Positions 19,495 through 29,884 are shown, counted from the stretch's first letter. The stretch: 64,000 nt of DNA from Patescibacteria group bacterium (GCA_019744845.1 JAIETW010000001.1:282176-346175); one strand, 5' to 3'. Made by a program: numbers and translations. Notes: generated by a model not told the origin, from the letters alone.

Positions 19495-22400
19495 ATGACG
19501 AAGTTCTGGACCTTCTTCATAGATCGGCATCACTTCACGATTCTTCTTACGATCGTACTTATTCTTGCGGGTTTCACTGCAGTAAGCGCCATTCCAAAAG
19601 AGTCTGCGCCTGAAGTGCAGGTGCCGCTTGGTATTGTCACGACCATTCTTCCAGGCGCGTCGGCAGAAGATATTGAGCAGCTCATTACGAACAAGATAGA
19701 GGACCGCGTCCTCTCTCTTGAGCGCGTGTCTAAAGTCACCTCTTCTTCAGGCGCAGGAGTGTCAAGTGTCTCGGTTGAGTTTGAAGCAAGTGCGGACATT
19801 GATCGTTCTATCCAGCTCCTCAAGGATGAAGTGGATAAGGTACGTCCTGAGCTCCCTTCGGAAGCCGAGAACCCTACCGTTTCTGATGTAAATTTCGCCG
19901 ATCAACCAATCATCATTGCCTCTATTGCAGGCGACCTCTCTCCAGGAGAACTGACTGCCCTTGGTGAAGCCGTGAAAGATGAACTTGAGCGTGTGACCGG
20001 CGTGTCTTCGGTGGCGCTCTCAGGCGTGCGCCCACGTGAGGTGCAAGTGATCGTACAGCAGGAGAAACTTCTTCAGTACGGCCTTTCGCTCGGTGATGTC
20101 ACCAACGCCATTCGTGCCTCAGGCGCTGCCTCTCCTGCCGGCACCATCACCATTGATCAGGTGAAGTATTCCGTGCGCTTTGAGGCAGGGCTTGAAGAAA
20201 CAGAAGAGGTCGCGAATGTGGCGATTGCAGGTCCCGGAGGTGCCGCGCTTCGCATACGCGATATCGCCGATGTGATTGACAGCGTTGCCGATCCTGCGAC
20301 TTTCTCTCGCGTCTCCGTTGAAAACTCACCCTCCGCTCCTGCCCTCACCCTTTCCATATTCAAGAGCCGCGGTGGAAACATCCTGCAGACAGGTACAGAC
20401 GTAAAAGATACTCTTGAGAAACTTCAGGAGACGACACTCGCCGGCACCGAGGTGGTGATTACGTATGACGCAGCAGACGACATCGCACACGATCTGATAG
20501 AGCTTTCCCGTGTTGGTATTGAAACCGTGGTGCTCGTGATGCTAATGCTATTCCTCACGCTTGGATGGCGTGAGTCTCTTGCGGCCGCACTCTCTATTCC
20601 CCTCTCTTTCCTTATCGCCTTTATTGGTATCTACGCGTCCGGAAACACCATTAACTTTATTTCGCTCTTCTCGCTGATTCTTGCGATCGGTATCTTGGTT
20701 GACTCCGGCATTGTGATTGTGGAAGCGATCCACACCCGCTTGGTGAAATTCGGTGATAAGCGTGCCGCCGCAATCGCCGCCATCCAGGAATATGCGTGGC
20801 CGCTTATCGCGGGTACCTTCACGACGATCGTGGTGTTCGTGCCGCTCTTCTTCCTCTCAGGAATCGTGGGCCAATTCATCGCCTCCATTCCATTCACGAT
20901 CATATTCGTGCTTCTTGCCTCTATTGTGGTGGCACTTGGTTTGGTTCCCCTCTTCACCATGTACATTATTCGTCCGGAGCTCTCTCCGATGGAGAAGATT
21001 CAAGAGGAATACAACGAGAAAGCACAGCACTGGTATAAGTCATTACTTCGCTCCATTCTTGGTGATCGAAAGAAGGAGAACCGCTTCCTTATTGCGATGG
21101 GTGTACTGTTCGTTATTGCACTCACTCTACCCGTCGTAGGACTCGTGAAGAGTGAGTTCTTTCCTCCTGAAGAAGCAGACCTTGCATTCATTGAGCTTGA
21201 GACTCCTCCAGGGACGCCCCTTGCCGAAACCGATCTCTCCGTGCGCGAGGTAGAGGAACACCTCTATGGCAAGGAATACATTGAATCCTTTGTGACCGAG
21301 ACGGGTGCAGGGAGCTCTCTTGCAAGCAGTAACTTTGCAGGACCTGGCAGCAATGAAAACATAGCGAACATTACGCTGAACCTTCGCGAGAAGCGTGACC
21401 TCACCAGCGCAGAGATTGTGGCAGAACTTCGCCAAGAACTCTCCTCTATCACTTCAGCTCGTATCAACGTGCTAGAGCTTCAGGGCGGTCCTCCAAGTGG
21501 CAGCGCACTTTCCGTGACCTTCTCGGGAGAAGATCTTGCCGCTCTTACGGTTGCTGCAGATCGTGCAGCTCGTCTTCTCTCCGATATTCCTGGTGCAGTA
21601 AACGTATCCGCCTCCACAAAGAGTGACGTGCCTGAGTTTGTCGTGCGTCTTGATACCGCACGCGCAGTAGAGCTCGGTGTGTCTCCTGCAACGGTGGCTG
21701 GAACACTTCGTGGTGCTCTGTTTAGCACCGAGGCCACGACCATCCGCACGGGGGGTGAAGACATAGAGGTACGTACAAAACTTAACCTCAATCCCGACTA
21801 TGTAGACCCAAGCGAGGCAACTCGTGCCACCATTGATGCAGTACGTGAGCTCTCAATCATGGGTGCCAACGGCCCTGTTCCTCTCTCCACGATTGCCACC
21901 GTGTCCTTTGAGCCATCGGTATCTACCATCCGACACGAAGGCGGTGAACGTATTGCCACCATTGCAGGAGATGTCGCTGCAGGTGCAAATGCCATAGAGA
22001 TTACCAGCACCTTGAGTCGTCTTCTTGATGAGGAAGGACTCCCCGAGGGAGTAACCAAGAAGGTCGGTGGTGAAAGTGAGGATGTGAACCAATCCTTTAC
22101 TGAAATGGGTCTCGCCCTTCTTGCGGGTCTCGCACTCATGCTTTCCATTCTCGTATTGGAATTTAACTCTTTCCGCCACTCCTTCTATCTCCTCTCCATC
22201 ATTCCACTCTCCCTTATTGGGGTGCTGTTCGGTCTTATGCTCACCGGACAGGCGCTGTCCTTCACCTCTATGCTTGGTGTGATCGCGCTTGCGGGAGTGA
22301 TCGTCAATCACGCCATTATTCTCATGGATTCTATTGCACGAATCGGTCGCGAGAATCCTGATCAAACCTTGATTGATGTGGTGGTCAACGCGTCAGCATC

Positions 22401-22647
22401 ACGCTTCCGTCCCATCATCCTCACGACCATCACCACCGTGGTGGGTATGATTCCGCTCTCATTCGCTTCTGCACTGTGGGGCCCACTCGCGTTCGCAATT
22501 ATGTTCGGCCTCACCTTCTCTATGGCCCTTACACTCATCCTCATTCCTGTGCTGTACCACCGCTGGCCAGGAAGTGCGGTGAAGAAACGGTTTAAAGAAA
22601 ACGGCACTGCGACTACGACGCCGTCAACGCCCGAGAGTGTTCATTAA
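19495..22647 (+). CDS. RND-superfamily efflux permease (AcrB/HAE family)
   Basis: 1050 aa, 12 TM helices in two repeats with large periplasmic loops. Typical AcrB architecture. Confidence 0.85.
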   Translation: MTKFWTFFIDRHHFTILLTIVLILAGFTAVSAIPKESAPEVQVPLGIVTTILPGASAEDIEQLITNKIEDRVLSLERVSKVTSSSGAGVSSVSVEFEASADIDRSIQLLKDEVDKVRPELPSEAENPTVSDVNFADQPIIIASIAGDLSPGELTALGEAVKDELERVTGVSSVALSGVRPREVQVIVQQEKLLQYGLSLGDVTNAIRASGAASPAGTITIDQVKYSVRFEAGLEETEEVANVAIAGPGGAALRIRDIADVIDSVADPATFSRVSVENSPSAPALTLSIFKSRGGNILQTGTDVKDTLEKLQETTLAGTEVVITYDAADDIAHDLIELSRVGIETVVLVMLMLFLTLGWRESLAAALSIPLSFLIAFIGIYASGNTINFISLFSLILAIGILVDSGIVIVEAIHTRLVKFGDKRAAAIAAIQEYAWPLIAGTFTTIVVFVPLFFLSGIVGQFIASIPFTIIFVLLASIVVALGLVPLFTMYIIRPELSPMEKIQEEYNEKAQHWYKSLLRSILGDRKKENRFLIAMGVLFVIALTLPVVGLVKSEFFPPEEADLAFIELETPPGTPLAETDLSVREVEEHLYGKEYIESFVTETGAGSSLASSNFAGPGSNENIANITLNLREKRDLTSAEIVAELRQELSSITSARINVLELQGGPPSGSALSVTFSGEDLAALTVAADRAARLLSDIPGAVNVSASTKSDVPEFVVRLDTARAVELGVSPATVAGTLRGALFSTEATTIRTGGEDIEVRTKLNLNPDYVDPSEATRATIDAVRELSIMGANGPVPLSTIATVSFEPSVSTIRHEGGERIATIAGDVAAGANAIEITSTLSRLLDEEGLPEGVTKKVGGESEDVNQSFTEMGLALLAGLALMLSILVLEFNSFRHSFYLLSIIPLSLIGVLFGLMLTGQALSFTSMLGVIALAGVIVNHAIILMDSIARIGRENPDQTLIDVVVNASASRFRPIILTTITTVVGMIPLSFASALWGPLAFAIMFGLTFSMALTLILIPVLYHRWPGSAVKKRFKENGTATTTPSTPESVH

Positions 22648-22844
22648 CTCTTAAGCTGTTTCCAAGTGTAGCCGCGATACGCAAGGTACCCGGCAATAAT
22701 GACTGCAACACCACTCACCCAGAGGGGTACAAACACACCTGCAATGAAGGCATCCCATCCGTACAGGAGGCGTATGCCGTGAAGAACGGCAATAATAAGG
22801 AATACAAGCGAAGTAACTTGGTAGTACGTCTTTCTATTTTTCAT
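22644..22844 (-). CDS. Small membrane protein (2 TM), hypothetical
   Basis: 66-aa ORF with two hydrophobic helices. Overlaps the RND stop by 4 nt. Confidence 0.3.
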   Translation of the reverse strand: MKNRKTYYQVTSLVFLIIAVLHGIRLLYGWDAFIAGVFVPLWVSGVAVIIAGYLAYRGYTWKQLKS

Positions 22845-23042
22845 ACCAAAAGTATATCAAATGGTTCTTATCCGCAGATTCGCGCCTCCGCTTCAGAGAG
22901 TTCAGGATGCGGCGTTCCTGCACGAAACTCTATTGCCTGTTGTGGATGTATAGGACGGATATATAGTTCGTGTCGGTCCTTACGTGTCCCCCGAAGCACG
23001 AAGTTCTGTATCCGTTTGATACTCATAGATTTTTTACCGGAT

Positions 23043-23181
23043 TCTCGCCACGAATAATGCGAATAAGCACCATGATAATGGCGAGCACGAGTAAGAGGTG
23101 TACGAACGAACCTAATGTATAAGCGCCGAGCACCCCAATAAACCAGAGGATTAACAATATAACTGCGATGGTGATTAACAT
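23043..23181 (-). CDS. Very small membrane protein (46 aa; lmo0937-like)
   Basis: Not in the ORF track (<60 aa). MLITIAVILLILWFIGVLGAYTLGSFVHLLLVLAIIMVLIRIIRGENPVKNL. A perfect palindrome cctcacagtgtgagg lies just 5' of the start. Confidence 0.4.
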
Positions 23182-23226
23182 ATCCTCACAGTGTGAGGTA
23201 CAGAGGGTGAAAATAGCGTGAGGTGC

Positions 23227-24042
23227 CTACAGGCGACTCATGTTTGAAATACGCATGACTCCCTCAATAGCATAGTTGTGGAGAGAATCGCCGAGAGGAA
23301 TCTGTGCAATCAGCGTGATGGTTCCTTCCACACGAATGGTTTCTCCGGTCGCAATGGTCATACCCTGTTCACTCGTAAACGCACTAAAATCAAGTGCGTA
23401 GTAGACGGCACCTGTCTGAATACCGAAGGCACATTCCATGGTCTGTGGTCCGGACTGATCTTTGTGTGGAAGACAAACATAGGTACCCGTAAGCGTAGTT
23501 GGTGGATTCGGTATCACCTCTTCAGGAGACGCTGTAGTGCGAAGTTCAAAAGAGGTAATCTTCCACCCCTCCGCGCGACGTTCAAGAGTCGCGACGATAG
23601 GATATCCAATCGCTTGTCCTCCCTGTGCGGCAATCTCACTCGTGTATTCCACGATGACACCTTCCACGCGTGCAGTGTTTTCTTCACGTGTTGTCGTTCC
23701 GACTTCTATACGCTCAGGCCAGGGACTTGAAGTCACTCGTCCTGGCGCTGAGTCCGGATTCTGTTTCCATGCGTCAAGCGTTTCTGATGCCACATAGGGA
23801 GCGTAGTGTGTATCCATCGCTGCTGCCGCAAGTATCGGAGGAGCGAGAAGCGACACATCCTTGAGACGGGCACCAAATGCCTCCACCACTTCCTCAGGTG
23901 GCATGGAGTCATCAGTAAGAGGCGTACCATCTTCACCGTAGAAGTGCCCATAATACGCAATGCTGAAGAGCAGTGTTCCTCCTACTGCAATAAGGAGAAT
24001 TGAGGTTAAGAGCGCCTGGTTGTTTGCGGGACTCATTGCCAT
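23227..24042 (-). CDS. Hypothetical membrane-anchored exported protein
   Basis: N-terminal TM, then a soluble domain with a Cys pair (CLPHKDQSGPQTMEC). Confidence 0.4.
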   Translation of the reverse strand: MAMSPANNQALLTSILLIAVGGTLLFSIAYYGHFYGEDGTPLTDDSMPPEEVVEAFGARLKDVSLLAPPILAAAAMDTHYAPYVASETLDAWKQNPDSAPGRVTSSPWPERIEVGTTTREENTARVEGVIVEYTSEIAAQGGQAIGYPIVATLERRAEGWKITSFELRTTASPEEVIPNPPTTLTGTYVCLPHKDQSGPQTMECAFGIQTGAVYYALDFSAFTSEQGMTIATGETIRVEGTITLIAQIPLGDSLHNYAIEGVMRISNMSRL

Positions 24043-24083
24043 AGGACCTATATATCCGTAGTGACGGTTAACTCTGGATGAAA

Positions 24084-24851
24084 TTACTCAGCACGCTTTT
24101 CTATCCCGAAGGTAAATCGGTACTCGCCTAGGGGCGTGACCACTCCTGCACGAGGCGCTGGTTCCACCGCTACCAAGGTTATAGTCTCTTGTTCCCTAGT
24201 CTCTACGATTCCAAGGGTGAACACCCCCTCAGTGGTACGCGCGCCTGAGGTGACTGACGCGCGCACGCGCACTGTTCCTGCCTGAATACACGCTACGTCT
24301 TCAGGACAGCGACTGTCCTCAAGAAGTTCTACAGGAGTCACCCGCACCCCAAGACCGCTCGCATGTTCATCAATGCGTGTCTTTAGAAGTACACTGTCTC
24401 CCGTTTTCTTAAGCACGAAGAATGGTTCAAATCCTCCACGCATTCCTTCTTCCTCTGCACTCCCTTCATCAAGATATCCACGCTTTACGATCAACTCTCC
24501 TCCTTCTTCAAACACACCAAGCTCAACACCTCCGCCTGCCCACCAGCAAATGGCACCAGACTTTTCTCCAGGGACAAGTGCCCAGCTAGACCCCTCAATT
24601 GCAACGCAGCTTCCTGGATGTGTCCCCGCGTCAAAGGTTTTCCCTTCCCAAATGAGCGACACGGCCGTGAGTGGCGTATCAGTCTCATCGGTGCCCGCAG
24701 GATCAAACGCCCACACTATTTCAGGTATACCCACGACTTCTACGGGCGTACGCACTAATTCATCCGTAGTCGTGAGTCCCTTATACGTGAAGTACCCACC
24801 CACAAGCACGACCGCGAGGACCGCGATCGTACCTGCAATCTTTTCAGTCAT
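24084..24851 (-). CDS. Hypothetical membrane-anchored exported protein
   Basis: N-terminal TM. Cys pair (RCPEDVAC). Same architecture as the upstream neighbour, possibly a paralogue. Confidence 0.4.
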   Translation of the reverse strand: MTEKIAGTIAVLAVVLVGGYFTYKGLTTTDELVRTPVEVVGIPEIVWAFDPAGTDETDTPLTAVSLIWEGKTFDAGTHPGSCVAIEGSSWALVPGEKSGAICWWAGGGVELGVFEEGGELIVKRGYLDEGSAEEEGMRGGFEPFFVLKKTGDSVLLKTRIDEHASGLGVRVTPVELLEDSRCPEDVACIQAGTVRVRASVTSGARTTEGVFTLGIVETREQETITLVAVEPAPRAGVVTPLGEYRFTFGIEKRAE

Positions 24852-24856
24852 GAACG

Positions 24857-25288
24857 TTACGCAGCCTTCTTTGAGAGCTTGGAATCAACTGCCCACTTTC
24901 CAGGACCCGTGAAAACGAGTGAGAGGGTTGCAGCGAGAATAAGAAGGATGAACTCGTAGCCACCGGTTGCCATGAAGAATCCGTTCTGTGCGTGTACGGT
25001 GAAGAGTGCAATAACCGCAACCACCGCAAGAATCTTTGCCGTCCAGTGCGTAAAGGCGCCAAGGATGAGCAAGATACCACCAATAAGCTCAGCGGCGATA
25101 AGCAGCACCGCAAATACCTCGGGAGCTGGGAATCCAAGAGAGCCAAGGAATCCTGCAACGCCTGGGACACCGCCTTCAAGCTTCTGCCACCCATGCATGG
25201 CAAAGATGAGACCGACAGTGATACGAACGAGGAACGGTCCAACACCGATCCACTTCTCTCCACAGGTGCACTTAAGAATATTTTGCAT
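24857..25288 (-). CDS. DoxX family membrane protein
   Basis: Four TM helices. VRITVGLIFAMHGWQKL is typical of DoxX. Confidence 0.7.
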   Translation of the reverse strand: MQNILKCTCGEKWIGVGPFLVRITVGLIFAMHGWQKLEGGVPGVAGFLGSLGFPAPEVFAVLLIAAELIGGILLILGAFTHWTAKILAVVAVIALFTVHAQNGFFMATGGYEFILLILAATLSLVFTGPGKWAVDSKLSKKAA

Positions 25289-25391
25289 AGATATAACTGA
25301 TATATAGGGTTATACGTCTATTGTACCCTGCCCCTAGGGCCCGCAACCTGGGGACGGGGACAGACCTGCCACGGTACAATGGCTTCCCCCT

Positions 25392-26009
25392 ATGCCACGC
25401 GCCGGACACCAAGCAAAGCTCTTTGATACGGGAACCTCGCTGCCAAACGGCTTTGTATACCGCCCCCACTTCCTTACTCCTGAAGAAGAGAATGAACTCG
25501 TAGAGTGGTTTGCTGATCTTCCTTTTGAGCGCTCACTCAGTGCTGAAGGATACGAAGCAAAACGCCGCATCGTGAATTTCGGATGGTCCTATGATTTTGA
25601 AACAGGTGCACTCATTCCCGGTCCTGCCCTGCCACCCTTCCTACAACCACTCGCCCGTAAGGTGGCAAAATGGATAGATGTTCCAAAAACGCGCGTGGTG
25701 GAAGCACTGATTAGTGAATATGAACCCGGCGCCGCAATCGGATGGCATCGTGATAACGAACCGTTTGAATCCGTTATTGGGATCTTTCTTGCTGGGTGGG
25801 CGCGCATGCGCCTGAGGCCCATTGCGCCCCTCGGGCAGCGTAACCCGAAAGACGTAGTCTCTCTTGAGGTAGAGCCTAGAAGTGCGTACCTTATGCAAAA
25901 AGAAAGCCGGTGGAACTATCAACACTCTATTCCAGCACTCAACGCGCTTCGGTATTCCATTACATTCCGCACACTCCCTCCTCATGTGCGTATCCCGAGA
26001 CGTAGATAA
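25392..26009 (+). CDS. alkB: AlkB-like Fe(II)/2-oxoglutarate-dependent dioxygenase (alkylation repair)
   Basis: IGWHRDNE (HxD) and a C-terminal RYSITFRT, as in the AlkB H-D...H...R-x-S-x-T-x-R arrangement. Confidence 0.75.
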   Translation: MPRAGHQAKLFDTGTSLPNGFVYRPHFLTPEEENELVEWFADLPFERSLSAEGYEAKRRIVNFGWSYDFETGALIPGPALPPFLQPLARKVAKWIDVPKTRVVEALISEYEPGAAIGWHRDNEPFESVIGIFLAGWARMRLRPIAPLGQRNPKDVVSLEVEPRSAYLMQKESRWNYQHSIPALNALRYSITFRTLPPHVRIPRRR

Positions 26010-26017
26010 AAAATAAT

Positions 26018-26527
26018 TTACTGACGTGCGTATGTGCGCAGCACGGTCTCGTATGCGTGGGTATGATCCCCACGTGACAGCCACGTGCGGGAGATTGCCA
26101 CCACCTGATTCCCCTGGATAAACGCAGTGGTGTCACCTTCGTACAGCCCTGACCACGAATATCTCACTGCCTCCATACTGTTTACCAATGCGCTGGTGTG
26201 TGTTTCAGCACCAAGCTCATAGTTAGATGCTCCATTCTCAAGCCACTGTGTAAGTGTCTCGCCCTCGTTGAGCGGGTGCATGGTAATCGTGATACCTGTC
26301 GGACCTTCACCTGCAATCGGTGCAACCGTGTCATCACTTCGCACCATACTCACTCCCTCAGGGGTCGGGGTGACTACATACCCGTCAGGATATGAAAACG
26401 TATAGTTCGTTCCTTCATAGACCATAAGACCTTCCCCTGGGACCGGTGCCTTGTGTTCGGTATACAAGAAGAACCCAAGCAGCAAGATCAGAAGGCCAAT
26501 GAGTGCGAATGGAAGTTTTTGTATCAT
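26018..26527 (-). CDS. Hypothetical exported protein (signal-anchored)
   Basis: Start taken at MIQKLPFALIGLLILLLGFFLY. No known motif. Confidence 0.35.
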   Translation of the reverse strand: MIQKLPFALIGLLILLLGFFLYTEHKAPVPGEGLMVYEGTNYTFSYPDGYVVTPTPEGVSMVRSDDTVAPIAGEGPTGITITMHPLNEGETLTQWLENGASNYELGAETHTSALVNSMEAVRYSWSGLYEGDTTAFIQGNQVVAISRTWLSRGDHTHAYETVLRTYARQ

Positions 26528-26590
26528 AGAGAAAGTATAGCGCGTCTCTACCCGCATCACGACAAGAGCACCCCATGGGTGCTCTTTCAC

Positions 26591-26878
26591 TTACGGCCAC
26601 CAGTAGCGGCTGTAGTCCCCACCGTAGTAATTGTAGAAGCTGCGCTTTTTCTTCTTCTCACTGTAGTACGGATCGTTATACGGGAACTCGTACGGATCAA
26701 AGTAGAACTGGGGACGGTGATACCCACTCCAGTCCCAGTACCCGCGCTGATATGGGCGCTCGCCATAGTAATCGTACCCACCGTTACAGTAGTAACGACC
26801 GTAACAGGCCTCCGCAACGGGAGTGAGTACAAAGAATCCAGCAAGTATGAGCGCGAGAAATCCAGTTATGTATTTCAT
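26591..26878 (-). CDS. Small secreted Tyr/Gly/Pro-rich low-complexity protein
   Basis: Signal peptide MKYITGFLALILAGFFVLTPVAEA, then a YGRYYCNGGYDYYGERPYQRGYWDW... region with very high Tyr content. Start inferred at the internal Met. Confidence 0.4.
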   Translation of the reverse strand: MKYITGFLALILAGFFVLTPVAEACYGRYYCNGGYDYYGERPYQRGYWDWSGYHRPQFYFDPYEFPYNDPYYSEKKKKRSFYNYYGGDYSRYWWP

Positions 26879-26937
26879 ACAGAGTGTGGCACAGGGTGCC
26901 TCCATAAACCATACAATGCGATACAAAAAAGGCAACT

Positions 26938-27351
26938 CTACCCCTCCTTGCGCTTCACTGACGGAATACGAGGGATCACCGCAGCGGCGATACCACCGAT
27001 AATTGCAATGAAGTAGAAGCCGAACCCGATTGCCATACCAAGCGCAGCCGCATACCAAAGAGACGCAGCGGTGGTGAGATTTTTCACGGACGCACCTTCC
27101 TTAAGAATGAGTCCTGCACCTAGAAAGCCGATACCTGCGACAATCTGTGACGCAATGCGTGATGTAGAGTTCGGATCTACGTTCATAGAGAGGATAGTGA
27201 AGATCATAGATCCTCCGATCACCATCATGTGGGTAGAGATTCCTGCATCCTTTCCGCGACTCTCACGCTCAATACCAATAATGAGTCCGATAAGAATAGA
27301 GAGGGCGAGTCCCATTACGAACTGCCCTTCAATAGGTCCAATGAATTCCAT
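26938..27351 (-). CDS. MgtC/SapB family membrane protein
   Basis: LALSILIGLIIGIERE...GISTHMMV matches the MgtC signature. Confidence 0.8.
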   Translation of the reverse strand: MEFIGPIEGQFVMGLALSILIGLIIGIERESRGKDAGISTHMMVIGGSMIFTILSMNVDPNSTSRIASQIVAGIGFLGAGLILKEGASVKNLTTAASLWYAAALGMAIGFGFYFIAIIGGIAAAVIPRIPSVKRKEG

Positions 27352-27379
27352 GCCACTATCCTAGCACGCACGCTCTCCC

Positions 27380-28147
27380 CTATTTCAAGGTTCTGTTAAG
27401 AAATGCGAGGGTCTTCTCCCACGCATCAGCGGTCTCTTCTGGGGCGTAATTATTTCCTGTGGGGTTCGCAAACGCATGTCCCACTCCCTCGTACATATAA
27501 ATCTCATTCTCTACCCCCACTTGATCAAGTGCGCGCTCAAACGTCGCAACCGTCGTTGTGGAGATGGATTGGTCGGCACTGCCGAACACTCCAAGCACTG
27601 GCCACTCAATTGCACTGAGACGTGCAGGGTCGGTCACAAGTGTGCCGTAGTACACCACCGTCGCATCCAACTCTTCACCTGCAAGGGAGAACTGAAGTGC
27701 CTGTCCTCCTCCAAAGCACCATCCAAGTGCGGCAATCTTTTCTGCACCTTCTTGTGTAAGAAACGCCGTTGCTGCCTTCATATTCGCGAGTGCCTCTTCC
27801 TGATTAAGCGCTCCGACGAGCGCCATCGCCTCTTCACGTGTGGTCGCGATGGAGCCATGGAGATCAACGGCAAGGACACGGTACCCATGTCCTGCAAGTT
27901 CCTCTGCCTTTTCTTTTATGTGCTCATTAAGCCCCCACCATTCATGCACCATCACTACTCCTGGGTAGTTCCCTTCTCCTTCAGGCTCGGCGTACCATCC
28001 TTTCGTGGTTTGGTGGTACACCAGCTCATGCGACGATACTGGAAGCTCAGAGACAGAATTCTGTTTTGAAAGTGGCCCACCGACAAACAAATACAGTCCT
28101 ACTACGATAAGTGCACCGGCAAATGCAGGGAGAAGGTGCTTTTTCAT
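27380..28147 (-). CDS. Dienelactone hydrolase family alpha/beta hydrolase
   Basis: VVMVHEWWGLNEHIK, nucleophile elbow GWCFGG, and a C-terminal His (GVGHAF). Start at MKKHLLP. Confidence 0.7.
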   Translation of the reverse strand: MKKHLLPAFAGALIVVGLYLFVGGPLSKQNSVSELPVSSHELVYHQTTKGWYAEPEGEGNYPGVVMVHEWWGLNEHIKEKAEELAGHGYRVLAVDLHGSIATTREEAMALVGALNQEEALANMKAATAFLTQEGAEKIAALGWCFGGGQALQFSLAGEELDATVVYYGTLVTDPARLSAIEWPVLGVFGSADQSISTTTVATFERALDQVGVENEIYMYEGVGHAFANPTGNNYAPEETADAWEKTLAFLNRTLK

Positions 28148-28175
28148 ACACCTCCAAGTATACCAGCGAGAGAGG

Positions 28176-28493
28176 TTATGACGCCTTAGAACCAATCCAC
28201 ATGTAGAGACCAAATGCAGGGATCACAAATGGAAACGCCGTGTAGAGGGCACCGGCAAGAGACTGCGTCTGCATCAGTGCGGCAATTAGAATATGAAGAG
28301 AAAACACGAGAAATATGAAAAACACCATGTATCCCTGAAGAGACACGGGTCTATACAACCACCCGAACGAGACGAACCATTTCATGCTTTTTCCTGCTTT
28401 CATGAAGATAACAACGATGAGGGAACGAAGGGCACGAACGAACGCAACGAAAAGAGTGATAATACCAAAGACGAGAGCATAAATGCCGTTCAT
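28176..28493 (-). CDS. Small polytopic membrane protein, hypothetical
   Basis: 105 aa, three hydrophobic helices. Confidence 0.3.
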   Translation of the reverse strand: MNGIYALVFGIITLFVAFVRALRSLIVVIFMKAGKSMKWFVSFGWLYRPVSLQGYMVFFIFLVFSLHILIAALMQTQSLAGALYTAFPFVIPAFGLYMWIGSKAS

Positions 28494-28516
28494 AAAAAGT
28501 ATAACCTAGAAGAGAC

Positions 28517-29482
28517 TTATGTCGTTGCAAATCTCACGAGGTTTGCCAATTGTATCACGAGGAACACGACGTAGAAAAGAAGCAGAACACCCCCTTCCAT
28601 GCGTGACAACTTGTGTTCTGATCGTGCAAAGAGGTAGAAAAGTGGCACACCGACAAGCATGAGGCTCGTGGTGAGGAAGAACTCACTTGCCTCTAGGAAG
28701 AAAGTTCCCGAGGCAATTGCGACGAAACCAAAAATCACCAAGTTCATGGACGCAGAGCCGAGATAGTCTCCAAACGCAATATCCATGCGCTTCCCTGCGA
28801 TAGACCGTACGGCAATGACCAACTCCGGAAGATTCGTACCAATAGAGAGAATGAGAAGACCAATCAACGATGCGGGGATGGTCAAAAGATTCGCAAAATA
28901 CACTGACTCTTCCACCAAAAAGTGGGTGGCAAGGAAAATACCGATGGCACCGACCACAATACGGCCAATGTCACGAAACAGTGTGGAGACTCCTCGCTGC
29001 TCAGGCTCAGGCGCTGCCGTAACCAAGGTCGTGTGCTGACGACGAATAGCATAGAAGAGTGCTGCGTATACAAGAATCGACAGCAGTCCTTCGGTTGCCG
29101 TGACATTCCCATCCATCACCAAGAGTGCCGGGAGCATGATTGCGGCAAGTGCAAAAAGGAGATTCCGCTGTGAAATCGCGTGCGCAAGCCGTATCCCGTT
29201 TCCTGCAATAGCGAAAATAGGAATGATGAGGAACATGATCACAAACGTGGCACCGATGAGGTTACCGACAGACACCTCAGGCGCACCTGCAAGTATGGAG
29301 TTAGTTGCAACAGAAAACTCACTGATAGACGTGAGGAGACCGAGCACAAGGAACGCGACACTAAATCCGCTCTTATGGAGGTGTTTGGCGAGACGATCTA
29401 CCGCAGAGACGAGTGAGCCTGCAAAGAACCACAGCACCGCGGCTGAGGCAAAGAAAATAACGAGGTTAACGAATATCGTCAT
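28517..29482 (-). CDS. Ca2+/cation antiporter (CaCA family, YrbG-like)
   Basis: Two alpha-repeat regions (GNLIGATFV... and GDYLGASMNLV...) in a 10-TM protein. Confidence 0.75.
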   Translation of the reverse strand: MTIFVNLVIFFASAAVLWFFAGSLVSAVDRLAKHLHKSGFSVAFLVLGLLTSISEFSVATNSILAGAPEVSVGNLIGATFVIMFLIIPIFAIAGNGIRLAHAISQRNLLFALAAIMLPALLVMDGNVTATEGLLSILVYAALFYAIRRQHTTLVTAAPEPEQRGVSTLFRDIGRIVVGAIGIFLATHFLVEESVYFANLLTIPASLIGLLILSIGTNLPELVIAVRSIAGKRMDIAFGDYLGSASMNLVIFGFVAIASGTFFLEASEFFLTTSLMLVGVPLFYLFARSEHKLSRMEGGVLLLFYVVFLVIQLANLVRFATT

Positions 29483-29506
29483 GCTGCCGCCACTATAGCA
29501 GACTCT

Positions 29507-29881
29507 CTACTCTCCGGGACACGGAGCAAATTCACAGTTCGGGCCACTGCGTCCCACCCCTGTTCCGTCAGGACATATCTTGGCGTCCGCGGGACACGCC
29601 ATCGGTTCTTGTGGTGTGGGTCGTGAGATTGGCGTCTGGTCAATTTCGTTCTCCTCAGGAATCTCCCGGATAAAGAGCTGCCCGTCAGGGGTGCGACACT
29701 GCTCGGGGTATGACTCCATCACTGGGTACCCCGCAGCCGCACATTCTTCAAAAGAATCAATCATTTCTTGAGTGGTCGTTTGCACTCCATGATCATAGCC
29801 GAACAAGTACCCCATACCCGCGCCAAGAATAAGGGCAAAGAGAAGTGCGACTAAAATTGAAAATACGAGTGTGTTGTTCAT
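29507..29881 (-). CDS. Hypothetical exported protein with C-terminal Cys-rich segment
   Basis: N-terminal TM or signal. C-terminal CPADAKICPDG...CEFAPCPGE. Confidence 0.35.
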   Translation of the reverse strand: MNNTLVFSILVALLFALILGAGMGYLFGYDHGVQTTTQEMIDSFEECAAAGYPVMESYPEQCRTPDGQLFIREIPEENEIDQTPISRPTPQEPMACPADAKICPDGTGVGRSGPNCEFAPCPGE

Positions 29882-29884
29882 GGG

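Noticed and set aside
25300-25391. G/C-run-rich segment upstream of alkB as a structured RNA
   Set aside because: Only short imperfect complementarity (ttgtaccctgcccc / ctgccacggtacaa) with no recognisable motif. It is probably just the promoter or leader.
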